Shown here: piece after piece, positions 1 to 13,065 of the stretch
Layout of the letters: every line of letters starts with the position of its first letter
Numbering within the stretch: the stretch's first letter is position 1
Assembly: GCF_009914755.1 (NCBI RefSeq)
Contig: NC_060942.1
Source of the DNA: the human T2T-CHM13v2.0 reference genome, Homo sapiens
Length of the DNA: 64,000 bases
Reading direction: 5' to 3' (one strand)
The notes under the pieces: generated by a model
The model's input: the letters and a program-made list of their open reading frames with translations, nothing else
What the model was told of the DNA's origin: nothing
The model's database searches: none
Program-made: the position numbers and the translations under genes

Positions 1-2722
1 TTGCATTTTACATTTTGTGAATTTGCTGTCTTTTTTGACCTTCATACATTTATTGAAACATTTATCCTTATTTTATTGATTACAGAAACTCTTTATGTAA
101 GAATAATATTGACTATGTTGTGTATGCCTTTGCATTTTTACATTTTGCATATGGCACCAAATCTTTTTCTTCATGGTTGCTAGCATTGTCATTAGACTTA
201 CATTTTTATTCTATGAACCATGCTATCTCTAAAAATCTGGTTATGGATTACATGTTGAATGTTTAAATTAGAAGCATGATTAATTTCTAAAAAATAGTGA
301 TATGTTTATATTTTGAGTTTTCATGGTCTTGGTTCTTTTTGTCTGTTTTTAAGGGATTTTTTTGGTAATTGGACATATTTTAAAGGTCTCTCATGGACTT
401 TATATCATTTATAACTACTCTAGAAGGCATAATTTACTTCAGGATTTGGTTGATATGCTGTTTTAATTATTCTAAAAGGCTCCAAAAATGAATATTTGTA
501 TAATGTTTGAAATAATCTTTGACTACTCTGATATAAAGTTAGGATTATCCTGCAGGACTGAGTTTATATGAAAAATTGAATTTATTGCCTTCTTAAAATG
601 GATGATAAGAAAAGAACTTTATTATCAATGTTATTTAAATTTACTTTTCATAATTTTTAAGAATTTAGTCATATTTGTATTCTTCATAAGATAAAATCCC
701 ACAAGAAATCCAAGCTTCTGCTTATAAAACTTTAATCACGCATTTTATTAGACTCTTGTTTTGCCTTTCAACTTGCAGTCCTTTCTTGTACTTAACTGTC
801 TGTGAATGTGAACCTTCATGAACTAACAGACTTTTCAAGTAGAATATCATTTTATAGACTAGAAGAAAAGACATTTTGTTGCCCTCCTCAGTAATTTTAC
901 AGAGTGAATATACATTAAATATAATTTGAAGCTTAGCATTTTGTTTCCTTCTTATAAAATAAAAATGGAAAATTCCATAATCATTAAGCTTTTTGGAGAT
1001 ATCTTTATTAGACAAGATTAATGACAACCTTATTTACAATAAATAAAATATAAATAAGTTCATAGGTATTTTCTTTATCATAGCCATTTATGGTAGCATT
1101 TCTGACTTACAGTAATCATCGATAAAGTATTGGTGGACACCTTTTGGGTACAAGGATTGCACTAGGTTCTGGGAAGACTACAGAAACATCTGAAACCTGG
1201 CTTCAGTGGGCTTCGTATAATTACAATTCGTAAAATCAGTTGGCCTAATACTGTCTGAATAAACTTTTATTTAAAAAAAGAAAAAACGAAAATGTTATAT
1301 GTAAACAGGGACTCTGGGAAGATATGAAGAGTTGGTAGTCTCCACTCTCATAGAAAACAAAGCCCGAAGAGGCAGGGGTGGGAGGAGTCCTAAAGAAGAA
1401 AATGTGGAAGGAGGCTCTTGGAATATTGTTGTCAACTTTTTAATTTAATTTTAGCCATGACTACTTGTATTATTTATTTTAAAACCTAACTTTTATAAAA
1501 GAAGTCAAAAGTGGTATTTTTCCATTCTTATGTTCAATACGTCCAGCTTTCTGGCTCAAGGATTTTAATCTGACTATAATTGTGAACATATCCTTTTCTG
1601 TATCTGCCCATCCCCAACTTTTACCCAGCTCCACACAGGAAGAAAGACAGTCCTCCATAAATGTTCTAGAGATTTGCCACTGCTTTGGGTCTAGATTGAT
1701 CCCATGTCTGAATCAGTGCAGAAATGCATAATTTAAAAAGTGATTTGATCTTTTACAAAGTGCCAGGCTTTGGACAAACCTTGTGTACTGTCCTTACACA
1801 CACAGGTGGAGATGAGTGGGAACTTTACTGAGGATGGTCTCTTCAGTAGGAGCCATTAAGTTGAACATCAGTGAGAAAATAAAAATATCTTTGAACTTTC
1901 CAGAAATGGTTCTAGAATTCCCTTTAAAGCAGTTGTGTAGCAACACAAAAAACTTGTAATTGCCCTCTAGGAATGTGTTAAGTAGAGTTCTCTCTATAGA
2001 GCTGAGCATGTCCACCTTACACAGATGTGTTCAATAAGCCTGAAGATGATAGACTCAGAATATTTATATATAGATATAGATATACATACACACGTATATT
2101 TTTGTATATGTGCATACATATACATAAACATAGTATATACATATATATGCAATACATGCACTTACTCTCTATTTCTAAAGTTTCCCTTTAAACTTATTAT
2201 TTTCTTTCAAATGCATATGATTATCTCAACCATTAAATGAGGTTCTGATTCTGCAAATAGATAATAGACTAAGCTATTCAGAAAGGTCTAGAAAAATCAT
2301 CTTAAAAGTGATTTAAGAAGAGGCCAAATAAAGATATATGGGTGAAGTTAAATACCCCTGTTAAACATTATTGTTTTGTAAGATAGCTGGAAAAGTTCAC
2401 CTTAATAGCTCATTGCTCAAAATGCTTTGGAAATTTTGAAACATATGGCTGGATATACGGTGAGCTAATGAATATAGTTTCTAGTCCTAGATATGCAGCT
2501 GAACCACAGTGTGAGTAGAAAACTAGCAACCAACTGTTGAGTGCCTCTTGTGTACTAAGCATTCCGCCAAGTAGTCTTTGGGCATAAGAAGATATGACAC
2601 AGATCCAAGCCTCAAGGATAGGTAGGGAAAAAGACAAGAAGCAGGCAATTGCTAACAAGGCCGAAGAGCTGTTGAGAAAGAGGAAGACAAGGGACCCTGA
2701 ATAAAGAATGCAACAAAGATGA

Positions 2723-2790
2723 GAGAATGGGGGAGGGAGTGGTGAGGGGAGAGTATGAGAATGGGGGAGGGAGTGTTGAGGGGAGAGTAT
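2723..2790 (+). repeat. 2 x 34-bp tandem duplication, G-rich (GAGAATGGGGGAGGGAGTG(G/T)TGAGGGGAGAGTAT), inside a degraded L2-like tract
   Basis: Units start at 2723 and 2757, one mismatch. Confidence 0.9.
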
Positions 2791-3057
2791 CTGACAGGAG
2801 GTAGTAAATGTGCAAAGGTCTGGAAATAAGCGGGATGGGGAACGGGAAGTGAATTATGTGACTAAAGATTGTGGGTACAAAGGAATCTGATGCTGGATGG
2901 GAGAATCCATATAGGTCTTGAGTATTTTGCTCATGTGGTTAGATTTATCTTAAGGGCAGTGGAAACATATGGAAAGATTTCTGATTGTGGCTTGTGAGCT
3001 ATTTAATTTTAGCCAGCTATGTAAACCTCTAATCTTCAATTCCTTCATTATTTTCTT

Positions 3058-3190
3058 CATATTTGTAGAGCTTTAGGAGCTACAAGTGCAGTTTTGTTAC
3101 CTGGATATTTCCCATCATGGTGAAGTCTGGGCTTTTAGTATAACATCACCTGGATAGTGTACATCGCACCTATTAAGTAATTTCTTATTC
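3058..3190 (-). mobile_element. Old L1 (L1PB/L1MA-like) 3' UTR fragment interrupting a MIR
   Basis: TACAAGTGCAGTTTTGTTAC...GTGAAGTCTGGGCTTTTAGT...CATCACC is the antisense L1PB/MA 3' end; MIR core halves (CTTCAATTCCTTCAT / TGTAAAACAATGATAAT) flank it. Confidence 0.7.
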
Positions 3191-3511
3191 GTTTGTAAAA
3201 CAATGATAATTACTTTATCATAGGATTTGGTGTCCGTTTGAGTGTGAAAAGTAGAGGAGAGAGATTCCAGAATAATCAGGCACAGCTTTGGGTGTTCTGG
3301 GAAATAAAGTAATATAAGATCCCCTCCTAGCCTTCATGAGAAGCCTAAAGCCAGTTGGAAAGATTAAGCTAGCTAAACAAACCAAGACATCCCAAATGTC
3401 ACAAATATTAAAATATTCTATGTACTTTTTCATATCCAATTATCATTATCTATAAAATGTACATAACAGCAACTAGTCCCTACGTAGTTCTCATGAATTA
3501 TGGCGCGATTG

Positions 3512-3597
3512 ATATAACAATATCTAGTGATCAATATAACAGTATCTAGTGATCAATATAACAATATCTAGTGATCAATATAACAATATCTAGTGAT
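3512..3597. repeat. 22-bp minisatellite, ~4 copies (ATATAACAATATCTAGTGATCA)
   Basis: TATCTAGTGA recurs at 3521, 3543, 3565 and 3587; copies nearly identical. Confidence 0.95.
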
Positions 3598-3936
3598 ACA
3601 TTGAAATTTCTTTGGCAGTAATCTCTAGAAACATAGACATCCCTCTGTGGGAAAAAGATGATGTCCATTTGTGATGTGTTTTATGTATTTCACTTTTTTC
3701 TGTGCTTCTACACCTTGCTGTTCATGCTTTCTTCACAGCTAGATAGGGAGAAACTTAAAAACAGAAGCCATGTCTTCTACATTTTGATCACTCAAACCCT
3801 TAGATTTTTATCTATGTTATCTGAGTTTTAAGCATAAGAAATGCAATTGAATGTGCATAAAATATAAATTATCTAACTTCCTATCGAAATGTTTTGTAAG
3901 CTTTCCATTGAGATTCATGATTTTTTCATTGACCAC

Positions 3937-4326
3937 TGCAATGGACAGAATTATGTCCTTTCGAAATTCATATGTTGAAATCCTAACCCCCAATGTGACT
4001 GTATTTGGAGAAAGGCCTTTCTTTAAATGAGTAACTAAAATTAAATGATGTCATAATGAGGGGATGCCTATCCAATAGGAATAATGCCCTTTTAAGAAGA
4101 AGAGTTACTGGAGCACTCTCTCCACCCTTGCACAGAGAGAAAAGGCCATGTGAGAACAGAGAAGGTGTTGTCTGGAAGCCAGGGAGAGGACCCTTACTAG
4201 AAGCCAACTTTGCTGGTACCTTGATCTTGAACTTCCTAATCTCCAGAGCTATAAGAAAGTACATTTGTGTGTCTAAGCCACCCAGTCTGTTGTATTTTGT
4301 TATGGCAGTCTAAGAAGACTAACACA
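3937..4326 (+). mobile_element. MaLR solo LTR (MLT1A/B-like)
   Basis: TG...CA termini; AAATTCATATGTTGAAATCCTAACCCCCAATGTG, CTTGATCTTGAACTTCC, TAAGCCACCCAGTCTGT motifs; near 5-bp TSD ACCAC/ACTAC. Confidence 0.9.
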
Positions 4327-6339
4327 ACTACAGAAAAGGTAGATGCTGTATGCGTTACAGAACAATCACTAAAAATAGAACAACTGCTAAAAAGATTCTT
4401 TGGTCTTTTTTATCAAAAGTGAGCAACAATGAAGACTTATATTATCAACATTGCTTACATATTGGTAGCACAAATAATCTTAGATTTCTAGGAGTGTAAA
4501 AAATTCCCATTTACAATAGCAGTGGATCAAAAATAATTGCTCATTTACATAATAGGTCTTGTGTAGTTCTTAGATCCTTATAAATTTGATGTCCTTTCAT
4601 CTTATTTTTGTTCGCTATCATCCCTTTATTTAATAATTACTAAGTGTAAGGTATGATATATATTTTAGGTCTTATATTTATAAATGACCTATATCAATTT
4701 TAATAGTAAATATATCATTAACTGTGATGAAATTGTATTCTTTTTTAAATCAATTCTCAGATATGCTCTATGAATTCAATTTACTACAAACAAGCATGTA
4801 TATCTTCACACACCATCAATTCAGATTTGTTTGGAAATGGAAGAAAACATATACTTCAAAATTGATATGGCTTTTTTCCTTTTATTTTTTGCATAGGCTT
4901 TAATTTTATTTTTTACGGAACAATATGTGATATTAGCTGCTATTTTTTGAGCATGTATTATTGGCCAAATTTTACCTATCCATTTGCTTGAGGTTAGTGG
5001 TTCATCTACCTCAGACTTGGGTGTTCAGTCTCTTCCTACTTCAGCTTGCTGGTAGATCAACCATGTTGAGTTTTAGGTTTAGGCTCTTTGCCATAAATGG
5101 GAAGTAGTTATAATAAAATATGTTAAGATAATATTTATCTTTTTATTGCAATGTGTAATTCTTATTTTGAATGGAGTTCTTTTGAATTTACAACATCATT
5201 GCCTCTGCCTACGTAGCAGTCCTTAAATTTTACATATATCTGTAATTGCCCTTATTAACAGGACTCCTCAGTCATATACATTTAATGATAATAGTCATAA
5301 AAGAAGTGCCTTAGGTACGTTTGTATTGATTATCCTCTACAATGTAATTACCAAATGAATCATACTGAAATGAGTTAAGAGAGTTTTTGTATGTAGGGTT
5401 TTGATCCTAAATGTAGGATACAGGTGTGTAATATAAGGCAGAATTAAATCAAGAAAACTATTAAATCCCACCTATTAGGTGCTTCTTCCCATTGCTATGC
5501 AGATTACTTATCTTAGTTATTTTCCTCAGCTGAAACTCTGGTTGTCAAAAGGTATGCAAAATTAAGTGCAAAATATGTTTAAAAGATTCTGTTGAATATT
5601 TATATGAATTAGAAGAAGAGACAATGTAAGTTCAGACTGTTTGTTGGTAGCAAAATGATTCGTTATTTCAGTTGGGAGTTAGAACTGGTAATGGAAATAC
5701 AAGTTGGATTGGTGGTAGGATAGGTTTATTTATTACACAAATATTTATTTGAGAGTCTACTGTGTGCTGGGCCCTCCCTTTCCTTTCTCCCTTCCACTGG
5801 AGAAAATAATGTGAGCATTGCTTTGCATATATTATTGAGATGATGATGAGTCTAATTTTTTCTTTCTTGGACAAATGAAGTAGAGGCCCCCGAGGGAAAA
5901 GCAAAGTCTATGTACTAATACAGACCATTAAAAAGGCAATCTAAGAATATAATTTTAATTATCCCTAACAATCTAAGCAAGGTGAATTGACAATCTGTGG
6001 CTCACAAGGAGGAGAACTGCTGACAGTGGTGGAAAGCTGCCCAAGAGGGCATTTTATGCTAAAGTTGCCCTGAAGAAACGGAAGTAGACATCATCCCAGA
6101 AGGAGTTTGACTCTGTGATAAGACTCAAACCACATTAGACAGAAATGTTTTAAACAAAGTCAGCAAGAGTTAGGATCAGTTATGGTTGCCAATTTTCAAA
6201 GACTAGGGAGCAATATATGCCATTTCTTCATACGCTTTTAAATAAATGTTTTTCTGATTTTTTATTCAATATATCTTGGTGCAATCATTTCAGTAACTTT
6301 ATGTAGTAAGGTATGGACTCATTTTTATTTTAAGTATAG

Positions 6340-6490
6340 TGTATTTGAGCAGGGAATCACCAAAGGAGTAGAATTGCTGGATTACCAAACAATGCTTGGT
6401 AATTTGAGGAACTACCAGATGGTGTTTTAAACCAGTGACACAATTTCACATTCCACCCGTGGTATATGAGTGTTTATATTTCTCTGAGGT
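6340..6490 (-). mobile_element. Ancient L1M fragment
   Basis: GGAGTAGAATTGCTGGAT...TTTGAGGAACTACCAGA...CAATTTCACATTCCACC resembles antisense L1 ORF2 3' region. Confidence 0.6.
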
Positions 6491-6630
6491 TACAGTGAGT
6501 CATTATGTATATATGTGCAGGCAGGTAGAATGCAAAGAGGGAGATTTTTCTTATTTTTAAAACAATAAAATAATATATGACATTCTTGACTCAGAAGAAG
6601 ATAGCAGTGAATGAGTTTTTCTTCTTCCTA

Positions 6631-6709
6631 TTAGGTTGGTGCAAAAGTAATTGTGGTTTTTGCCCTTAAAAGCAATGGCAAAAACACAATTATTTTTGTA
6701 CCAACCTAC
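6631..6709. mobile_element. MADE1 (Hsmar1-derived mariner MITE)
   Basis: TTAGGTTGGTGCAAAAGTAATTG...CAATTATTTTTGTACCAACCTA inverted arms, ~80 bp, TA on both sides. Confidence 0.95.
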
Positions 6710-6848
6710 TACCTCCTCATTCCCTTCCATGTAAATGGAGGAACAATTCAGTTCCCATTTTCCACTGTAAGCCTTTTTGTTTAATGGACAATTTATGCTT
6801 ATCAGTTATCTCCCCTAAAATCAAGAGCATTTGTATGATTGTGACTTT

Positions 6849-7106
6849 ATTTGGTGAGACAAGGTCTCTCTGTTTCCCAGGCTGAGGTGCAGTGGCGTGA
6901 TCTCTGCTCACTGCTATCTCCGCCTCAGTCTCTCAAGTATCTGGGGCTACAGGTGCACACCACCACACCTGGCTAATTTAAAAAAAATTTTTTTGTAGAG
7001 TTGAGGTCTCACTATATTGCCGAGGCTGGTTTTGAACCCCTGGAGTCAGTAATCCTCAGCCAGGACAAAGTGCTGGGATTACAGGCATGAGTTACCACAC
7101 CCAGCC
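6849..7106 (-). mobile_element. AluJ-like element with internal deletions
   Basis: Antisense Alu ending CCCAGCC; TSD A(T/A)TGTGACTTT at 6838-6848 and 7107-7117. Confidence 0.9.
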
Positions 7107-8089
7107 AATGTGACTTTTGTCTTAAATTCTATCCATACCTCTTCCTTCTGCCACTTGTGACTTTTTTTTACTCCTCCAACCTACTCCAGTGTACACTTGA
7201 GGGTGTTATTGGGTAAGCGGCCATGACATATCATTCGGACTCTAAACTTTGTACAGTGAGCGAGTGACACCTAACCTGCAGAGTTGTTACCAAGATTAGA
7301 CCCGGTGAAATAGTCCATGTTCAAGGCAACTCCAGCTCAGTGCCTAGATACACAAATACTTTATAAGTGGCATCATAATCATTGTTTTTTAATACATTGT
7401 TATGACACGCATTCTCCGTGATTACTCAAACTCAGAATAGCAAGTCTCATTCAGATCATGTGTCATAAGTTTGATGCTTGGCTGAGGTCAGTGACTCTTC
7501 ATATCTGCTAATATTTTAGAAAAACTCAAGGTGGAGGAAAAAATCTGTGATAAGGATTCATACCATAGGTATTGTAATTCTAAAGACAGACATTAGAACT
7601 TAATTAAGCAAGACAGTGAGATTTATCACAGCATATGTGATCATGAACCAAACTGTGGAAGTGGGAGTAGAGCAATAGTAGTGAGAGAAGATGAGTGATG
7701 TCTGGTAGTGGCAATAAGCTGTACATCCTAGTTGTTTGGGTTTGAACCAGGGTCTGGAACATGTGAAGCATTCTAGAAATATACACTATTATTATTTAAG
7801 AAAAATAATTTGAGCTAAAAATACTACAGACTTTCTTGAGGGGAGCTCAAGAATCATAGTATCATTATTTATACCTTGCCAAATACTAAGAAAAATATCA
7901 ACATTGTAAGTTATTAAGAAAATAACCCAGAAAATAAGCATTCACAATTAAGTTAGCTTTGGATAAGAAGGAATATTAATCACTCACATATATAATACAT
8001 ATGAAAACTGTCAAAATAAGTAAATAGGATTTGGTTTAATGAATATGGCCTCAGTGTTGCAATATATTAAACCTAGTCATCAGCCTTAA

Positions 8090-8860
8090 GCCCTCTTTTT
8101 CTTATACCTTACATTAAATCCATAACAGTTCAATCTCCAAAATATATTTCAAATCTGTCCACTTGTCTTCATTCTGACTTCCCCCACCTTATCTCTTCCC
8201 CCATCCAACTGCTCTTATTCATAACCTGGACCAGTCCTAAAACCTCCTAACTTGTCTCTCTTCCATTCTTGCCTTTCTATAACCCATTTTCATCCAGTAT
8301 GATCTTGTGAAGAGGTTAATCATGGGATGCACCTTCGTAGAAACTCTCAAGGGACTTCCACTTTTTTCTTAGACTAAACTACAATCTCTCTATCACATCC
8401 TACAAACCACTGTGGGATTTGGTTTGTCTTCACCTTTCTAACTTCATCACATTCTACCATTATTCACTAGGATCTATCAATATAGCTCCTGCTTTCCCCT
8501 TATATGCACTAAACAATTCCCAGTCTCAGGATATTTGGGAAGCTCCCCATATGTCTAGAATTCTCTTCTCTCAGCTCTTCTTGTGGCTGACTCTTCGACT
8601 GGATCATAGCCCAAATGCTACCTTTTTATGGGGGTTGTCCTTGTCCATTCTGATTAAGACCATCTCTCATAGTTACTGTTATGCAGTTATTTATTTTCCT
8701 TTGTATAACTTATCACAGTCTGTTATTATCTACTTGTTTATTAACTGTTGTTTTTTTGTCTCCCCAGTGAAATATAAACCCCACTGGAGTGAAGTCCTTA
8801 TTTTATGTACTGTTTTACTTACTATGTCCCCAAAAACATATAAATAAATAAACTCTGAAT
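8090..8860 (+). mobile_element. L2 3' region fragment
   Basis: CTCCAAAATATATTTCAAATCTGTCCACTT, AAACTCTCAAGGGACTTCCAC, TGTCTCCCCAGTGAAATATAAACCCC resemble L2 3' end. Confidence 0.65.
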
Positions 8861-8899
8861 GATTTGTTACCATCATCATCCACATTGATGTTTTCATAA

Positions 8900-9042
8900 C
8901 AGACATTTATTGGGCACCCATTATGTGCCAGGCACTTTGCACAATGCCTTGATTTCTCTTTTCATAGTCTCAATATATTATGGAGATACTATTTTTAATA
9001 TTTATTTTTCTCTCCACTTTAAAGATGAAGAAATTGAGGCTC
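8900..9042 (-). mobile_element. MIR
   Basis: ACATTTATTGGGCACCCATTATGTGCCAGGCACT ... AGATGAAGAAATTGAGGCTC. Confidence 0.75.
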
Positions 9043-9272
9043 CTCATTATCATCATTTTCATCATCATCATCATCATGCCAGAAAGTAGAACTTGAATTG
9101 ACATTGTTTTCCTTTCTCATACCATGGTCAGAGGAAAGAATAGGGGGCCCTTGGGTGCAGAAAAGAATACCAGGATAACCCAAATGAGCTGGTCAAACAA
9201 GTAGATTATCAGGGATTCTTCTGTCAAACAAAAAATAGAACATTGTGCAATTTGGTGTAATCTTTGTATAAT

Positions 9273-9452
9273 GTGTATTTCTCAATGTGTGGTCTTCAGA
9301 CCAGCAGCATTGACATCATCCATGAGCCTCTTAGAAATGAAAATTCACTGGCCTCACCTCAGCCTGCTGAAACAGAACCTGTAGGGTTGGGTCCCAGGAA
9401 ACTGTGCCTTAGTAAGTCTTCCAAGTGATTCTTAAACACTGCTTTGAGAAAA
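9273..9452. mobile_element. MER5A-like hAT-Charlie MITE
   Basis: TTCTCAATGTGTGGTC...ACCAGCAGCAT...TTAGAAATG...GTGATTCT...TTTGAGAA. Confidence 0.75.
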
Positions 9453-9879
9453 GGAAGACCATCTGGTGGTAAGTAAAGGAAATGGAATGTTAACAAGAGT
9501 AAGGCAAGACATTTATATTCAGAAACCAAACCAACGAACAAAAGTAGGTTTAGTAGGCCTTGTATAAAATGATGGATCTCTTATTAAAATTGGAGTATAA
9601 GGGAGGGGCATCATGATAAGGAAGAACAGTCGAGGCAGAGACCAGAGTAAGAAGTCAGAGTAGGGGTAGATAGCCTTCAGGCAGACTAGATCTTCTTGTC
9701 TCGACCACTTTCACTCAAATTCTTAAAATATCCCTTGTGTACATAAGATTAGTGACAGAACATGAAATTGGACTAAGCCCAAAGTAGAACAAAAGTAGCT
9801 CCACCATGATTCTATTTACGCTGATTGGTAGAATGTGCTCCCCTGGAGGATGGACCATTATGACTGCACTGAGACAGAT

Positions 9880-10690
9880 CTTTAAGTTTGCAGATGACTC
9901 TGAAGCTGTTCTAGCTGGGGAGACAAGAATATTTGGTAAAGCTGTGTGAATGGGGAAAATAATAGCAGATAAATTTCAGCTGTGGAAAGTGTAATTTAAT
10001 ATATCTAGGGAAATATAATACAAACTATGCTGATATGATGATGTACTCTTTCTGCTATCACTTATTTCTAGAAGAAAAGATATCTTAATTGATGTCAGCT
10101 ATCCCTTGAAGACAGTCCAATGGAGTGTGGCAGTTCAAAAGGTCAATCAAATGCCAGAGATCACCAGGATAAAACTGGAGGAAAGCAGAATTACAAGATG
10201 TTGTTTATGTTTGAACAGAGTAGTATTTTAGTACTTGGAGTAGAGTTCAAAGTTCTACTGAGTACATTCTGGTAAGGTCATAAGGCAGTTGGAAAGGCCT
10301 CAAAGGTTAACTGAAATGATCAAAGGAATGAAATATTATAGTAAGACCAGATGAGAAATTTTCAGCACAGAAAAATGATGGGTGAAAAGGGACACAATCA
10401 AATTCCTGACCATGAAGGATATTAGTAACTGAAACATGGACTTGTTCAACAAATTCAAGAATACTGTAGGAGAACTCTCCTGAAGCTTGAAGGTACTTTT
10501 AGGACAAAGAAAAAAAGTTTAAGTCTTTTTAATATAGCCTATAGTAAATTTACTGATGCTGTTCCCTTCTAGAGGGTTCATGAACTGGAAAGATAATCAG
10601 GAACAAAAAAATATATATTTATGGAAGATGAGATTCCAAATGGTTTATAAAAGGGAAGCTGTAGATTATTATGGATATTTTAGTGTTTAA
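9880..10690 (+). mobile_element. Ancient CR1/L3-clade LINE fragment (RT domain to 3' end)
   Basis: Translation gives KFADD (9884-9898) and KLCEWGK**QINFSCGKCNLIYLGKYN (from 9939), then KVNQM and TEMIKGM, colinear with CR1 ORF2. Confidence 0.75.
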
Positions 10691-10794
10691 TAAAGGTAGT
10701 ACTCAGGGCAATATGAAAAATTATGCATCTTTATAAAAAATGAAGTCCAGGAATTGATGACTAATACCGTATTATAGTTTTTAAATATTCTTTA

Positions 10795-10920
10795 ACATAC
10801 ATATATACATGTTTGTGTGTGTGTGTGTGTATATATATATATACAAACTTGTATGCATATATGTAAAAATGCGCTCATATACACACACTATATATGCATA
10901 TACATGTATACATTTATATT
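10795..10920. repeat. Compound (TG)n/(TA)n/(CA)n microsatellite
   Basis: Direct reading. Confidence 0.9.
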
Positions 10921-11047
10921 TGCTTTCCTTTTAAAAGGAAATATTTTGTCATTAAAGAAACATGTAAGCATTATAGGTAAATTTGAAAATACAGAAAAGT
11001 AGACAAAAATTACATGTAGCTTCATTCACCAAAGAGACTACTATTAA

Positions 11048-11416
<369 letters not shown>

Positions 11417-11785
11417 TGATTTTTAAAAGTAATTACTGCCTGCAGGATTTTGCCACTAATTATGTAGACTGTTGGTTTGAGATAGGTATTTTTTAATCAA
11501 AATAATATGAAAATACTAATATAATGTAAAATTCAGTTTATCCATGTTTAGGGTTTTTATATATTAAAATTAATTTAGTCTATACATCTTTTGTTTTCTG
11601 TCTTAATCTGGTTTAATATTCAAGTTTGTTCAACTCATGAAGTAACCACTTTTCTAATACATTATTTCTTTAAATATCCCATTTTATTTCCAATGCCTTT
11701 TGTTTTATATTTTAATACTATTTAGTATGGAAAGACTGTTTTAGGTGTGTCTTTTAATAGCATGTGGGTGCCTCCTATGTTTGTT

Positions 11786-12134
11786 CATATCTAACTATTT
11801 TCATGCTGCTGATAAAGACATAATCGGGGCTGGAAAGAAAAAGAGGTTTAATTGGACTTACAGTTCCACATGGCTGGGAAGGCTCAGAATCATGGTGGGG
11901 CAAAAGGCACTTCTTACATGGCAGTGGCAAAAGAGAAAGAGAGATGCAAAAGCACAAACCCCTGATAAAACCATCAGATCTTGTAAGACTTATTCACTAC
12001 CGTGAAAACAGCATGGGGGAACCTCCTCCATGATTCAAATTATCTCCCGCCAGGTCCCTCCCACAACATGTAGGAATTATGGAAGTACAATTCAACATGA
12101 GATTTGGGTGGGGACACAGAGCCAAACCATATCA
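11786..12134 (-). mobile_element. THE1 (MaLR) solo LTR
   Basis: Ends GAGATTTGGGTGGGGACACAGAGCCAAACCATATCA (reverse complement of THE1 5' end); GCTGCTGATAAAGACATA and AAAAGAGGTTTAATTGGACTTACAGTTCCACATGGCTGG. Confidence 0.95.
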
Positions 12135-13065
12135 CTTACCAATTTGAAATATTTTGCCTTTTCCAAGGAGGGTTTGGCTTGTTCATATTTGTTGTCACAT
12201 ACAAAATAATTATCATGAGATATTTGAAGCAAACAGGGTCTGGCTTTGAATATTGATACTGTTTATTAGCTATATTACAAAGTTGTATGAAGATTTTAAT
12301 TTAATGGTAGATATAAAATACTTAATAAAATGCCTGCCACAGAGTATGCATTCAAATTATTGTGATTATTTCCTCTTTGTTATTTATACCTCTTTTGTTT
12401 TAATACCATTTTGATGTTTGTTTGTATCTTTTACTATATAGTTTTTGTTTTAATTTTAGTGCAACTCAGAAGATAGAAGCACTATTATAAATTTTACAAG
12501 CAATTAACTTTAGACTGATAGAAATAGGTATTTAAATGTATGAAAGGCTGATAGAGAATTTAGAATGCCATTATTTCTGCTGCCTCTTTCTCCTTTGGAT
12601 TTCATTAATAATAGTACTTTCATGCCAGGTACATTTTCTTTATGTAGAATTGTTTTTGAAATTTTCCTTTGATTTTTCATCCTATCTGCTGTAATTACTG
12701 TGCATATTTAATCATGTCCATATAAGCATGTTAATTGTTCAGTGACAGAAGTAGAAGGTGACATGGCAAGAGAATGACTGATGTTTAGTGAACTATTTGA
12801 AGAGTACATCTGAGAGTTCAAGGGTACAAACAGTAAAAATGTTTTGTAATCTCTATATCGCTGTGTTTTTTTAATTGATGCATGAAAGCACTTTCTGCAT
12901 CATTTACACAAGGACCATATGTATTTACAGTTAAAATTTAAATATTTTAAGACAAGAATGAATGTTTCACATTTATTTTTATTTTCTGGCATTCATAAAA
13001 ACTGTAGAGGATATTCTGAGTTTATGTTGTAAATTGTAATTTTCCAAAGGACTGGCAATTTATGG

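Noticed and set aside
1-150. TTGCATTTT(T)ACATTTTG repeated at 1 and ~130
   Set aside because: Low-complexity T-rich match, only two copies, truncated by the window edge
3512-3597. Repeat array as CRISPR-like
   Set aside because: Head-to-tail units with no unique spacers, eukaryotic context, no cas genes
12031-12042. DUX4-type site in the THE1 LTR
   Set aside because: Reads TGATTCAAATTA, one base longer than the TGATTCAATTA 11-mer, so spacing does not fit
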